Shown here: in pieces, positions 16,471 to 26,205 of the stretch
Position numbering within the stretch: position 1 is the first letter of the stretch
How the letters are laid out: the number at the start of each line of letters is the position of its first letter
Source: Solirubrobacterales bacterium
GTDB lineage: Bacteria > Actinomycetota > Thermoleophilia > Solirubrobacterales > 70-9
Assembly: GCA_050996575.1 (NCBI GenBank)
Contig: JBPCRS010000134.1
Coordinates: forward strand, 1 to 40,729
Length of the DNA stretch: 40,729 nucleotides
Direction of reading: 5' to 3'
The notes under the pieces: generated by a model
Databases searched by the model: none
The model's input: only the letters and a program-made list of their open reading frames with translations
Told to the model about the DNA's origin: nothing
Made by a program: the position numbers and the translations under genes

Positions 16471-17613
16471 CTAGGAGAGCAAGTTCGCAGGGCAGCTGTC
16501 GAGTCGGAGCCAGGCGATCGCGAGAGCGCAGCCGGCCGGTTTTGGAGTGAAATCGTGGCGAAGGACTCCGAATCCGGTCTGGGAATGAGTCGGTCCGTAG
16601 GACGCCGGTTCGATCAGCGTGTGGAAGAGCACCATCTCCACGTCGGCCTCCGAACTGAGACGGTGCTGGAGCGTTTCCACCATTTCGGCCTGGATCGCCT
16701 CGGAGACGCCGCGGCTTCCGGTCGTCGTCGTGCCCGTCTCGGTGATCCAGATCGGCGTTGAGGGATCGCCCCACCAATCGCGGCTGGTGCGGACCGAGTC
16801 AACTTCGCGCACCGCCAGGTCACCCGAGACGTCGGTAGGGGCGTAGGCGTGCATCGAGATCACGTCCATTGCGTCCGCCGCTCCGGCATCGAAGACTCCC
16901 TTTAGAAACCAAGGGATCCCGATCGAGCCCCCGTCCGAGTCCGTGTTGACGACCGCGCCGCCAGCCACGGTCATCGACGGATCGACGGCCTTGACCGCAG
17001 CGTAAGCCGCCTCTAGCAAGGCGGCATAGGCGGCAGGGTCGGGCGCCGGGCGCCAGAAGTACGCCGAGTTGGGCTCATTCCAGACCTCGACGCCCGCGGC
17101 GCCGGGGTAACGGTCGGCGATCGCCGCGAGGGCACGGGCGAATTCGTCGTAGAACGCCGGGGCGGGCCCGGCGTGGCAGGTACCCGAGACCGCCGCGCAG
17201 GCGTCGCCCCGGGCCCATGCGGGGGCGAAGGCGAGAATGAACAACGGCCGCACCCCGTGGGCGAGATCGGCCGCATAGATCCGGTCGTAGACGTCGAAGC
17301 GATACTCACCGGGCGTTGGCTCAAACGCCTTCCAGTCGATCTGCACGCGATCGACTTCCGCCCCAACCGTCTCCAGCAGCCCAGCCGCCTGCTCGGCGGT
17401 CGCAATGCCCTGGGTGACCGAATTGTTGTTAAACCCGGTGCGCGCCTGACTCTGATTCGGCGCCGGCGGGTTCGCGGCCGCAGGAGGGCCAGCGTCACCC
17501 CCCGCCGGTGGGCACTGGCTCGTCGGCCGAACGGTCGGGTACCGAGACGGACGCGGAGACGATGTTGCGCATCTTGTTGCGCATTTGCAGATGGGCGCGA
17601 AGCAGAACCTCAT
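16471..17613 (-). CDS. clan GH-A glycoside hydrolase (GH39/GH5-like), copy 1, probably 5'-frameshifted
   Basis: Acid/base motif VEVWNEPN and nucleophile motif IWITETG, paralogous to 20800..21864. The listed N terminus (MRFCFAPICKCATRC...) has no signal peptide. The upstream ORF 17495..17899 would fuse in frame if the G6 run at 17498-17503 were G5. Confidence 0.7.
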   Translation of the reverse strand: MRFCFAPICKCATRCATSSPRPSRYPTVRPTSQCPPAGGDAGPPAAANPPAPNQSQARTGFNNNSVTQGIATAEQAAGLLETVGAEVDRVQIDWKAFEPTPGEYRFDVYDRIYAADLAHGVRPLFILAFAPAWARGDACAAVSGTCHAGPAPAFYDEFARALAAIADRYPGAAGVEVWNEPNSAYFWRPAPDPAAYAALLEAAYAAVKAVDPSMTVAGGAVVNTDSDGGSIGIPWFLKGVFDAGAADAMDVISMHAYAPTDVSGDLAVREVDSVRTSRDWWGDPSTPIWITETGTTTTGSRGVSEAIQAEMVETLQHRLSSEADVEMVLFHTLIEPASYGPTHSQTGFGVLRHDFTPKPAGCALAIAWLRLDSCPANLLS

Positions 17614-17899
17614 CGTCTGAGGTGAGCGGCTCGACTGAAACGATCACGGCCCGGCGCCTGCGCGCCACAACCTTCGCCAACCCTGTCCATCGCCCGCCGA
17701 GCGATTGCTCGATCCTCACCTTCCCGGACCAGGCGCTCTTCAGGTGCAGAGCGATGGACGCGGCGTCAGCGGGGGATTCGGCGACATGGAGGCTCAGCCT
17801 GCCGTTTTCCCGCGGTGCCGTTGCCGCCGAACCGGGCGCCGGCAGGAACAGAAGCATCATCCCCACGAGGCTGAGTGCGCGTCGAAGTCCTTTCGCCAT
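17495..17899 (-). CDS. secreted N-terminal segment (signal peptide + ~100 aa), likely the true 5' part of the GH gene
   Basis: ATG 17899 gives MAKGLRRALSLVGMMLLFLPAPGSAATA (signal peptide). It ends ...DEPVPTGGG-stop inside a G6 run. The listed 222-aa ORF (to 18163) is a read-through into the IS fragment. Confidence 0.5.
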   Translation of the reverse strand: MAKGLRRALSLVGMMLLFLPAPGSAATAPRENGRLSLHVAESPADAASIALHLKSAWSGKVRIEQSLGGRWTGLAKVVARRRRAVIVSVEPLTSDDEVLLRAHLQMRNKMRNIVSASVSVPDRSADEPVPTGGG

Positions 17900-17916
17900 A
17901 CCAAGCTTTTCGGGTA

Positions 17917-18200
17917 AGGGGGGTATCCACTTCGTTGCAGTAATGGCGTAGCGGTGGGGAGCGCCACACATCCACCACCGCCCGGCGCTGACGCGCCAGC
18001 CGCCGGGGTGCCCGCATGCCGGACAGACGAACTCCTCAGGCCAGCGCAGGCGCTCCAAGAACGCCGCGCACGCCGCATCGTCAGGGAACCATCCCCGGAA
18101 CGCTGGCCAGGTGCCCGGGTAGTCCACGCCCGCCCGTGGGTGACTCTCGGTCGGTCTCTCCACCTACGAGCACGCTACTGCAACGAAGTGGATACCCCCT
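17917..18200 (-). mobile_element. 284-bp miniature/internally deleted IS1595-family element with 8-bp target site duplication
   Basis: Terminal inverted repeats are AGGGGG(G)TATCCACTTCGTTGCAGTA at 17917-17942 and its reverse complement at 18176-18200. Direct repeats TTCGGGTA sit at 17909-17916 and 18201-18208. Inside, only the N-terminal ~70 codons of a transposase remain (FPDDAACAAFLERLRWPEEFVCPACG, zinc-ribbon type). Confidence 0.75.
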
Positions 18201-18360
18201 TTCGGGTATAGCGCGACCGCTCTCGTCAGCCCGGGAACTACCGTCGGGGTTGAGAGGCATCCGTATTTCACCGCAACCGCTCGCCCAGCCACGCCTGCGT
18301 TTTCTCGTCAGGCGCAGCCGGGGGAGCTCGCAGTGGCGCCGCTTGAAATAGTGCGCACCG

Positions 18361-19080
18361 ATGGCCGACGCTTCGATGAGCGAGTTCTGGGACGCCCGCG
18401 CCGAGGAGGACGCGTACTTCTACGTAGACAACCGGCTCCGCTACGGCGACCCGGATCTCGACCGCTTCTGGGCCGGCGGCATCGAGGTCGTCGACGTGAC
18501 GCTGGGGCTGCTCGGCGTAGCGATCGAGCCCGGCGACGAGCTCGTCGAGATCGGCTGTGGGGTGGGCAGGCTAACCCGCACGCTAGCCGAGCGCGGTGCG
18601 TCGGTGAGGGCGCTCGATGTCTCCGCTCGAATGCTCGAGCAGGCGCGGGATCTCAACTCCGGACTTAACAACGTCGAGTGGATCCTCGGCGACGGCCGGA
18701 CGTTGTCGTCAGTCGATTCCGAGAGCGTCGATGCCTGCTTCTCCTATGTCGTCTTTCAGCACATCCCCGACCCCGGGATCACACTTGACTACGTGCGCGA
18801 GATGGGCCGAGTTCTGCGCCCCGGGGGCTGGTCAGCGTTTCAGATCTCGAACCTCGAAGCGGTACACGCCCCGCGCTCGCTGCGGCACCGATTCACCGAC
18901 ACGGTCCGTTCGCAAAGAGGCCGCGGGCCGAGCGGGCAGCACCACCCGGCCTGGCTCGGCTCACCGATCGATCTAGGCCGGCTCCGCGATACGGCGGCCG
19001 AGGCGGGAATGGACACGGAGCGGATCGTCGGCGAGGGAACCCAGCATTGCATTGCGTTGCTAAGGAGGCGGGGATCCTGA
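18361..19080 (+). CDS. class I SAM-dependent methyltransferase
   Basis: Motif I LVEIGCGVGRLT, then ALDVSARML, VVFQHIPDP and LRPGGWSAFQIS. Confidence 0.75.
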   Translation: MADASMSEFWDARAEEDAYFYVDNRLRYGDPDLDRFWAGGIEVVDVTLGLLGVAIEPGDELVEIGCGVGRLTRTLAERGASVRALDVSARMLEQARDLNSGLNNVEWILGDGRTLSSVDSESVDACFSYVVFQHIPDPGITLDYVREMGRVLRPGGWSAFQISNLEAVHAPRSLRHRFTDTVRSQRGRGPSGQHHPAWLGSPIDLGRLRDTAAEAGMDTERIVGEGTQHCIALLRRRGS

Positions 19081-19099
19081 CCCGCTGGCAGCGGCCAGC

Positions 19100-20149
19100 T
19101 CATCCCAGCCTGCGCTCGGCCGCGTCGGCGGCCTTAGCGAGGCGCTCGACCACGCTCGCGAACTCGCTGAACCCCTCATCCGTTTTGCCGTACTGGCCGG
19201 CCGAGTAACGGGCGAAGACCCCCTCGAGGATCACCGCCAGCTTCCAGTAACCGAGGGCGATGTAGAAGTCGAGCCCGGAGAGGTCGCGACCCGAGCGCTC
19301 GGCATAGCGATCGCGGAGCTCGTCACGGAGGGGAAAGCCTTCGGCGAGCGTCGGCGCCTCGAAAAGCGGCGCGAACTCGTCGCCGGGCTGAGACCAATAG
19401 ACCATCAACAGTCCGACATCGGCGAGCGGATCTCCGAGCGTGCAGAGCTCCCAGTCGACAACCGCCGCAACCGCGCCGTCGGCGGCGAGGATCATGTTGT
19501 CGAGCCGGTAGTCGCCGTGGACGACCGTCGCCGGCCCTTGCTCGGGGATGCCGGCCTCGAGCCGCCGGTGCACATCGTCGACTAGCGGAAGATCGCGAGT
19601 CTTCGACTTTTGCCACTGCCCCGACCAGCGGTGCAATTGGCGGGCGACATAGTCCTCCTTCTTGCCCAGCTCGCCGAGACCCGCCTCGTCGGGGACCACC
19701 GCATGCAGGTCGACGAGCGTGTCCACCACCCGCTCGCCGATCGCGCGACGCTGGCCGGCGTCGAAGGCGTTCTCGGCGTCGGCCTTCGTCCGCAAGACCG
19801 GCCCTTCGACGAACTCCATGACGTAGAACGGCGCGCCGTTGACGGCATCGTCCTCGCAGAGCCCGGCGAGCGGCGGGACTGGAACGGCGGTCCTCTGAAG
19901 GCCCGCGATTACGCGATGCTCGCGCGACATGTCGTGGGCCGAGCCGAGCCGCTTGCCCAGGGGCGGCCGGCGCAGCGCCCAGCGCCGGCAGTTCGCATCG
20001 CTGACCGCAAACGTGAGATTCGAGCGGCCACCGGATACACGGTCGAACTTGAGCGGCGGCTCGGAACCTTCGACGTTGGCGCGGAACCACGCCTCGACCG
20101 CGCCTGGCTCGATCCCTTCGGGCGCCGTCCCGTTAGCCTCCTCATCCAT
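19100..20149 (-). CDS. APH/choline-kinase-like phosphotransferase (ACAD10/11 N-terminal-domain type)
   Basis: Catalytic HGDYRLDNMI and VVDWELCTLGDPLAD motifs. Start ATG 20149 (MDEEANG...). The listed upstream extension is Arg/Ser-rich. Confidence 0.85.
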   Translation of the reverse strand: MDEEANGTAPEGIEPGAVEAWFRANVEGSEPPLKFDRVSGGRSNLTFAVSDANCRRWALRRPPLGKRLGSAHDMSREHRVIAGLQRTAVPVPPLAGLCEDDAVNGAPFYVMEFVEGPVLRTKADAENAFDAGQRRAIGERVVDTLVDLHAVVPDEAGLGELGKKEDYVARQLHRWSGQWQKSKTRDLPLVDDVHRRLEAGIPEQGPATVVHGDYRLDNMILAADGAVAAVVDWELCTLGDPLADVGLLMVYWSQPGDEFAPLFEAPTLAEGFPLRDELRDRYAERSGRDLSGLDFYIALGYWKLAVILEGVFARYSAGQYGKTDEGFSEFASVVERLAKAADAAERRLG

Positions 20150-20162
20150 CGGCCCGCAGCAT

Positions 20163-20861
20163 ATGGACAGCGACCAGCCCAAGGCCTTGATCGTCGACTT
20201 CGGCGGAGTCTTGACGACCAGCATCTGGCCCGCGTTCGAGGCGTTCAGTCGCTCCGAGGGACTAGAGCACAACGCGGTGCGCGAGCTCTTCAAGTGCGAC
20301 TCCGCGGCGCTGGCCGATCTCCGCGAGCTCGAAACCGGCACCTGCGAGCCGGAGGAGTTCGAGCGCCGCTTCGCTGGGCACCTCGGCATCCCGGATCGAG
20401 CCGAGGGCCTGATCGGCCGGCTCTTCGGCGGTCTCGCGCCCGACGAGCAGATGATCGCCGCGGTGCGCGCCGCCCGAGCAGCAGGCATCCGGACCGGTTT
20501 GATCTCCAACTCCTGGGGCCGGACGATCTACGACGAGGAGCTGATCGGATCGCTTTTCGACGCGGTCGTCATCTCGGGAGACGTTGGCCTGCACAAGCCT
20601 CAGCCGGAGATCTTCCTGCTCGCCTGCGAGCGGCTCGGCGTCGAGTCCGCCGATGCAGTCTTCGTCGACGACCTGCGCGAGAACTGCGCCGGCGCCGAGG
20701 AGGTCGGGATGACCGCCGTCCTGCACCGTGATACGCCGCACACCATGGAGCTCCTTGCTGCGTTGCTCGAGGTCGACGTCTCAGGGGAGCCCGCCGACCT
20801 TACGGACAGGCCTCGCCGCCCCACGCCCGAGCCACCGCGCAGAACGCCGGCTTCGGGCTGA
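20163..20861 (+). CDS. HAD-superfamily hydrolase, subfamily IA
   Basis: Motif I LIVDFGGVL, motif II LISNS, motif III/IV HKPQPEIF...VFVDDL. The 3' tail overlaps the convergent GH gene by 62 nt, so the true C terminus is uncertain. Confidence 0.8.
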   Translation: MDSDQPKALIVDFGGVLTTSIWPAFEAFSRSEGLEHNAVRELFKCDSAALADLRELETGTCEPEEFERRFAGHLGIPDRAEGLIGRLFGGLAPDEQMIAAVRAARAAGIRTGLISNSWGRTIYDEELIGSLFDAVVISGDVGLHKPQPEIFLLACERLGVESADAVFVDDLRENCAGAEEVGMTAVLHRDTPHTMELLAALLEVDVSGEPADLTDRPRRPTPEPPRRTPASG

Positions 20862-21864
20862 GATCGGGGGCGACGACGCCATAACCGGTCTCCGGATGGG
20901 TTGGGCCGTAGTTGCTCGCATCGACCAGGGTGTGGATGAGGACCATCTCCACACCCGGTATCTCCGGCAGGCGCTCACTCAGATTTATCGCCGCAAGGCC
21001 CTGGCCCGCAGGTGAGATCGCACGCTCGCCGGTCGTCGTAATCCCGGTCTCCGTCACCCAGAGCGGCAGATCGCCGCCCGAAGGGAGGGCCTCCCGCACC
21101 TCCTCGACATCGAGCACAGCCGTCCCCGCGGTCGGATCGTGCTGCTCGAGCGGAGCGTGCAGCGAAACCGCGTCCATCGCATCGAGAGCGCCGTTGCGCT
21201 CGATCTCGCGCAGGAACTCGACGTCGAGAAACTGGCCCGGACGCTCGATCTCGGAGCTGGCTGTGGCGCCTCCTGCCACCGTCATCTTCGGCGCGGCCGC
21301 TTTCACCGCCCGGTAGGTGACTTCGAGCAGCTCGGAGTAGGCCGCCGGATCCGGCTGTGGATTCCAGAAGTACGGCAAGTTCGGCTCGTTCCACACCTCT
21401 ATTCCGACGGCCTCCGGATACCGGCGGGCAAGCGCCGCAGCGGTGCGAGCGTAGTCGCCAAAGTGTTCGGCCGTCGGTGCAGCGTGGCAACCGGGCACTC
21501 CTTCCGGGCAGACTCCCCCGTTCGCCCACTCCGGTGCGAACGCGAGGTTGAACAGCGGCTGGATCCCGTGCTCTCGATCCGCGGCGTAGATCGCGTCCGG
21601 AAGTGACCAGTCGTGGTCTCCGCGGCGCGGTTCGAGCCTGTCCCAGCCGAGCTGGACGCGGTCGATCCGGCCGCCAAGCGAAGCGATCAGCGCGGCCGTC
21701 TGCTCGGGCGACGCGATGCCCTCTGCAACCGCGTTGTTGTTGAACCCGAAACGGACCGGGGGCGGCGCGTCCTCGGAATCGCTTCTCAGCAGCAGGGCGC
21801 CGGCGACAGCTGCCGCTGCAAGCACGGCCAGCGCTCCGAGCCAGGTCCAGCGCGTGGACGTCAT
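20800..21864 (-). CDS. clan GH-A glycoside hydrolase (GH39/GH5-like, PslG-like), copy 2, membrane-anchored/secreted
   Basis: N-terminal anchor WTWLGALAVLAAAAVAGALLL, with IEVWNEPN and LWVTETG catalytic motifs. Its ATG overlaps the stop of the upstream GT4 gene (ATGA at 21861-21864). Confidence 0.8.
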   Translation of the reverse strand: MTSTRWTWLGALAVLAAAAVAGALLLRSDSEDAPPPVRFGFNNNAVAEGIASPEQTAALIASLGGRIDRVQLGWDRLEPRRGDHDWSLPDAIYAADREHGIQPLFNLAFAPEWANGGVCPEGVPGCHAAPTAEHFGDYARTAAALARRYPEAVGIEVWNEPNLPYFWNPQPDPAAYSELLEVTYRAVKAAAPKMTVAGGATASSEIERPGQFLDVEFLREIERNGALDAMDAVSLHAPLEQHDPTAGTAVLDVEEVREALPSGGDLPLWVTETGITTTGERAISPAGQGLAAINLSERLPEIPGVEMVLIHTLVDASNYGPTHPETGYGVVAPDLSPKPAFCAVARAWGGEACP

Positions 21865-23045
21865 CGCCCCTTCACGCCGCTCAGAACACGACCGTAGAGG
21901 CCGAGAACGCGCTCGACCTGCGTCTCGACCCCGTACTCGTGGATCGCACGGGTACGTCCGTTGCCGCCCATCGCGACACGCAGCTCGGCGTCGGCCAACA
22001 GGGTACTTATGGCGTCCGCCCAGGCCTTCGGGTCACCGGGCGCGAGCACAAGCCCGTCGACGCCGTCGCGCACCACTTCGGCCGGACCGCCGGCGCTCGT
22101 CGCTACGACCGGTACGGACATCGCCATCGCCTCGACGGCAACACGACCGAAACCCTCGCGACGGGAGGGCAGGAGGACGACGTCCGCCGCGCGCAGCAGC
22201 TCCGGTATGTCCTCTCGCTCGCCGAGAAAGCGAACCTCATCCTCGACGCCGAGCGATCGGGCGAGGCGGTGCAGGCCGAGAGTGTAGGCCGCGTTGTCCT
22301 CGCGCGCCGCTGACCCTGCAAACCGGGCGCTACCGGCGATCAGCAGACGGACGCGCGGGTGATGGGGCTTCAGCTCCGCCAGGACCTGGATCGCGTCGTC
22401 CTGAGCCTTGACCGGAGCGAGGTAGCCGACCGTGACGAGCGCGAGATCCTCCGGTCCGAGTCCGAGGCCGGATCGTGCGATCACTCGATCGATCCGGGCG
22501 GGGTCGAAGCGATCCGTCGCAATCGAGTTCGGGATCACCTCGACGAGCCGATCATCGCCCGAGAACTGCTGGGCCGTGTAGCGGGAATTGGCGACGATTG
22601 CCGCCGCGGCGCGCGCGAAGAGTAGCCGGGTGATCCCGGCGACTGCCCCCTCGGGCATCAGCGTCCGAACGTGGACGACGGCCGGGATCCGAACCGCGAA
22701 CGCGGCGAGCGACACCGCGATCCCGGCGCGCTCGGTGTTCGCGTGAATCAGGCTCAATCGGCGCCGCCGCGCGAATCGGGCGACCTGGATCGCGGAAGCG
22801 GCGATCGCTGCTATCCCCATCGGCGTCTGTACGGGGTCGAGCCGAAAGCTCGCATCGATCGCCGGGATCGCGAGAACCGAGATACCGCGCGAGCGAAGGG
22901 CGTCCAAGAGCTCGCCTTCCGGGCAGGCGACCGACACCGGGATGCGGCGCGATAGGCCGTCTAGGAGATCGAGCAGCGAGCGCTCGGCGCCCGCGATCTC
23001 GGCCGTGTGATTGACGAATAAGACCGACGTATTGGTAGCGCTCAT
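21861..23045 (-). CDS. glycosyltransferase family 4 (GT-B, retaining type)
   Basis: Has LFVNHTAEIAGAERSLLDL and the C-terminal E-x7-E region PSRREGFGRVAVEAMAMSVPVVATSAGGPAEVV. ATGA overlap with the upstream GT4 at 23042-23045. Confidence 0.85.
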   Translation of the reverse strand: MSATNTSVLFVNHTAEIAGAERSLLDLLDGLSRRIPVSVACPEGELLDALRSRGISVLAIPAIDASFRLDPVQTPMGIAAIAASAIQVARFARRRRLSLIHANTERAGIAVSLAAFAVRIPAVVHVRTLMPEGAVAGITRLLFARAAAAIVANSRYTAQQFSGDDRLVEVIPNSIATDRFDPARIDRVIARSGLGLGPEDLALVTVGYLAPVKAQDDAIQVLAELKPHHPRVRLLIAGSARFAGSAAREDNAAYTLGLHRLARSLGVEDEVRFLGEREDIPELLRAADVVLLPSRREGFGRVAVEAMAMSVPVVATSAGGPAEVVRDGVDGLVLAPGDPKAWADAISTLLADAELRVAMGGNGRTRAIHEYGVETQVERVLGLYGRVLSGVKGR

Positions 23046-24145
23046 CGGTGTCCGGTCACCTCTCTGATCAGCGCCTCGACCTCGGCGGCATGTCGCGCCC
23101 AGGTCCGCCCTCGCGCTCGCCTCGCCCCCTCATCCCCGAGAGCCGCGGCCAAGCCGGGGTCGAGAAGCAAGCGCGCGATCGCCTCCGCGACCGCCGCCGG
23201 ATCGGTGGGATCGACCAGCAGTCCGGTCTCGCCGTCGGCGACCGCGTCGACGGCTCCACCGACGTTTCCGGCCACGGCCGGCAGTCCGTGGCTCGCGGCT
23301 TCGAGGAAGACGATGCCAAATCCCTCTCCGCCGACCCCGCCGTCCGGGAGGCGGCTGGGCATCGCGAATACGTGGGAACGCTCCAGCCAGCGATCGCGCT
23401 CTGCGTCGTCGATCCGGCCAAGGAACCTGGCGGAGTCCGAGACGCCGAGGTCTCGGGCGAGCGCCTCGAGCGAGGAGCGCAGTCGTCCGTCGCCGATCGA
23501 AACCCACTCGACGTCGGGGACACGCTCCCTGATTTCTGGCAGCGCGCGGATCAGCACGTCATGGCCCTTGTACGGCTCCTGCATGCGGGCGACCGTGACC
23601 ACGGTCGGCTGGCCGAGGCGGCTCAGCCCTGTGATCCGAGGCGCGTCGACGCCATTGCAAATCACCCTGACCTTCTGCGGATCGCAGCCGGCCAGCAGTG
23701 CCATCTCCCTGGCGTGTGCGCTGACGGCGACAACGGCGGTTGCCCGGTGTAGCGCGAAGCGAACGAGCCGGGGCCGCTTGCGGACCTCATCGGCGTGCAG
23801 GTACTGGATCGTCGGCACGCCGCGGATCCGGCCGAGCGCCGCCGCCGCGGGCGCGCCGACGACATGGCCCGAGATGACGACGTCGGGGCGGAATCGCAGG
23901 CCCCGCCACAGCGCAGCCACGTTCAACTGCACGACGGCGAGCTTGTTTCCGGCGATCCGCTGCCGACCCACCCTGCGCACGTCGACGTCCCCTCGACGCT
24001 CCGTCGGTGGTGCCTCGGGGGGGCCGAGCGTGACGACCAGCGGCTCGGCGTCGCCGAGGTTGTCGACAAGGCCACGCATCACGACCTGGATCCCGCCACT
24101 TGCGGGCGGGAAGTCTGGGGTCACGACGAGCGGCCGCAGATTCAT
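23042..24145 (-). CDS. glycosyltransferase family 4
   Basis: Has PPASGGIQVV and MPSRLPDGGVGGEGFGIVFLEAASHGLPAVAGNVGGAVDAV. Confidence 0.85.
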   Translation of the reverse strand: MNLRPLVVTPDFPPASGGIQVVMRGLVDNLGDAEPLVVTLGPPEAPPTERRGDVDVRRVGRQRIAGNKLAVVQLNVAALWRGLRFRPDVVISGHVVGAPAAAALGRIRGVPTIQYLHADEVRKRPRLVRFALHRATAVVAVSAHAREMALLAGCDPQKVRVICNGVDAPRITGLSRLGQPTVVTVARMQEPYKGHDVLIRALPEIRERVPDVEWVSIGDGRLRSSLEALARDLGVSDSARFLGRIDDAERDRWLERSHVFAMPSRLPDGGVGGEGFGIVFLEAASHGLPAVAGNVGGAVDAVADGETGLLVDPTDPAAVAEAIARLLLDPGLAAALGDEGARRARGRTWARHAAEVEALIREVTGHR

Positions 24146-24196
24146 CGAGCTGCGGATCGCACGACCGCGGGGAGGATGCGCGCGCGGGCCGGCCGC

Positions 24197-26205
24197 TCAG
24201 GGAATGGCGGCCTCGACGGCATCTCGTAGCCGGCTGCGGAAAGAATCTCGATCCCAGTTCGTCGCATGGGTGCGAATCCGATCGGGATCGTAGGCGCTGG
24301 AATCGAACGCGCTCACCGCCTCGGCGATCGCGGCTGCGCTCTGAGCCTGAAAGAACTCGCCGGTCACGCCGGGGACGACCGTGTACTTGGCGCCACCGCC
24401 GGCGAAGGCGAGGACCGGGCGGGCGCAGGCCATTACCTCGAGCGGAAGCAGCCCGAAGTCGTCCTGACTCGGGAAGATAAGCGCCTGGCAGCGCTGCATC
24501 AGCGGCACCAGGTCGCGATCCTGCAGCGCCCCGGTGAACTCGACGTTTGCGGGTGCGCCGGCCTCGAGCTTCTCCCTGGCCGGCCCGTCGCCCACGACCA
24601 TGAGGCGGTATGGAAGGGACTGAAAAGCCTCGATCGCGATGTCAGCGCGCTTGTACGGCTCGACCAGCCGGCCGCAGAAGAGGAAGAAATCGTCGGGATC
24701 TTCGGGTCGATCGCGCGGCACGAACAGGTCACAATCGACCGGCGCGCCGACCACAGTCGCCTGACGGCCGTAGAAGCGGTCGATCTGCTCCGCGACGTAA
24801 TCGGATTGGGTGAGGTAGCTGCTGACCCTTGACGCGGCCTGCCGATCGGCGAGGCGCATCGTCCCTGCCAGCGCCCGGAACGCTGCCGACCTGATCTTGC
24901 CCGAGGCCCACTCGCCTTCGTAGTTGTCGGTCATCGACCAGGCGAACCGCAGCGGCCCGTGGCAGAAGCAGACCTGAGGCGCGTCGTTCCGCGTCCTGAG
25001 GTGATGGGCGAACGCGTAGCTGGACGTGAGCAGGACATCGGCCTCGGGCAGGCGCCTGAAGCGAAGCAGGGCGGGCAGCAGCGGTGCCGTCAGCCGGTAG
25101 TGCTTTAGCAGCAGTCGAGTCGGCGTAAGCAAGCTCGTGAACCTGGCGGCAACTCCCATCCGCTCCGCCACTTCCCGACTTCCGAGGATCGCGTAAACGG
25201 GCGCGTCGGGGAACACCGCCGCCATCTCCGCGGTGCCGCGCTCCGCACCTCCGGAGGTCTCCATGAAGTCATGCGCGATCACGACGCGGAGATTTCGCCC
25301 TCCCGGGGCCTGGGCTCCCGCGGGAACCCCGGGGCGGTGGGCCCGGGCCGCGGCGGCGAGCGCCCGAAGCTGCGGCAGATCGGCCGCGAACGCCCTGTGG
25401 CCTCGCCACCAGGCACGCATCACCGCCGCGGCCCCACGCGGCGAGCGGCCCCAGCGTTTTAGCTCGGAAGCGAGACAGAGCGCTTCGAAGTACACGAGCC
25501 GCTTCAGGCTTCGGCTCGCGAAAAGCGCGTCAAAGAGGTTCGCGTAGTAGCGATCGGCCTCGTTCTCGACCGGGTAGACGTTGTGCCTCTCGTCGTGCCG
25601 CGCGCGGGCGTCGGGGGCGTAACAGAGCTCGGCGCCCGCGAGCCGCCACACCATCGTCACCCAGCGATCGTCGAACGGCCAGAGGCGCTCGTTCCACGGG
25701 AAGGCATGCGCAAGCTCGCGCGGATAGAGCAACAATGCGCTGACGAGGAGCTCTGGTCGCTCGCCCGGCCCGGCCGCCCTGCCGACGCCGATCCGCCTCA
25801 TTACCAATGGCCGCGAGGTCCAGTCCGGCCATTCGACGGCGCCGGCCACAACTCGCGGCGTCCTGACCCGCCGATAGGCGTCGACCAGAGCCGATATGGC
25901 TCCGGGCTCGACGTAGACGTCGTCGTCGACGCTGACGACCAGGCGGGCGCGGCAGGCTCGTGTACCGACGTTGCGCGCCGCCGCCGCGCCGACCCGGTCG
26001 TGGGCTACCCGTGTCGCGAACGGATGTCGCGCGCAGATCTCGGCGACGCGTTCGGCGTCGGCGCCGGTCGAGGAATCGCAGACCCAAACCCGGAACTCGA
26101 GCTTCTCCCTCGCGGCCGCCAGTGCCTCGAGACACCCGGCCAGGCGCTCGGGCCGGTTGCGGGTGGGGACGATGACCCCTCACAGGTCGAGATCGTCCGC
26201 CCCAT
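24197..26205 (-). CDS. two-domain glycosyltransferase (N-terminal GT2 fused to C-terminal GT4), 5' end frameshifted
   Basis: One continuous frame from 26179 carries VIVPTRNRPERL...VCDSSTGAD...SVDDDV (GT2), then a linker, then VVIAHDFMETSGGAERG...IFPSQDDFGLLPLEVMACARPVLAF (GT4). That frame has no start before GTG 25849. An SD GGAGGGGGAG + ATG at 26205 is in the adjacent frame, 8 codons upstream of a G4 run (26176-26179). Confidence 0.7.

Noticed and set aside
17495-18163. 222-aa ORF as a single real protein.
   Set aside because: It is a chimera: a transposase zinc-ribbon stub reads through the IS inverted repeat into the signal peptide of the downstream gene. The IR/TSD structure explains it as an insertion artefact.
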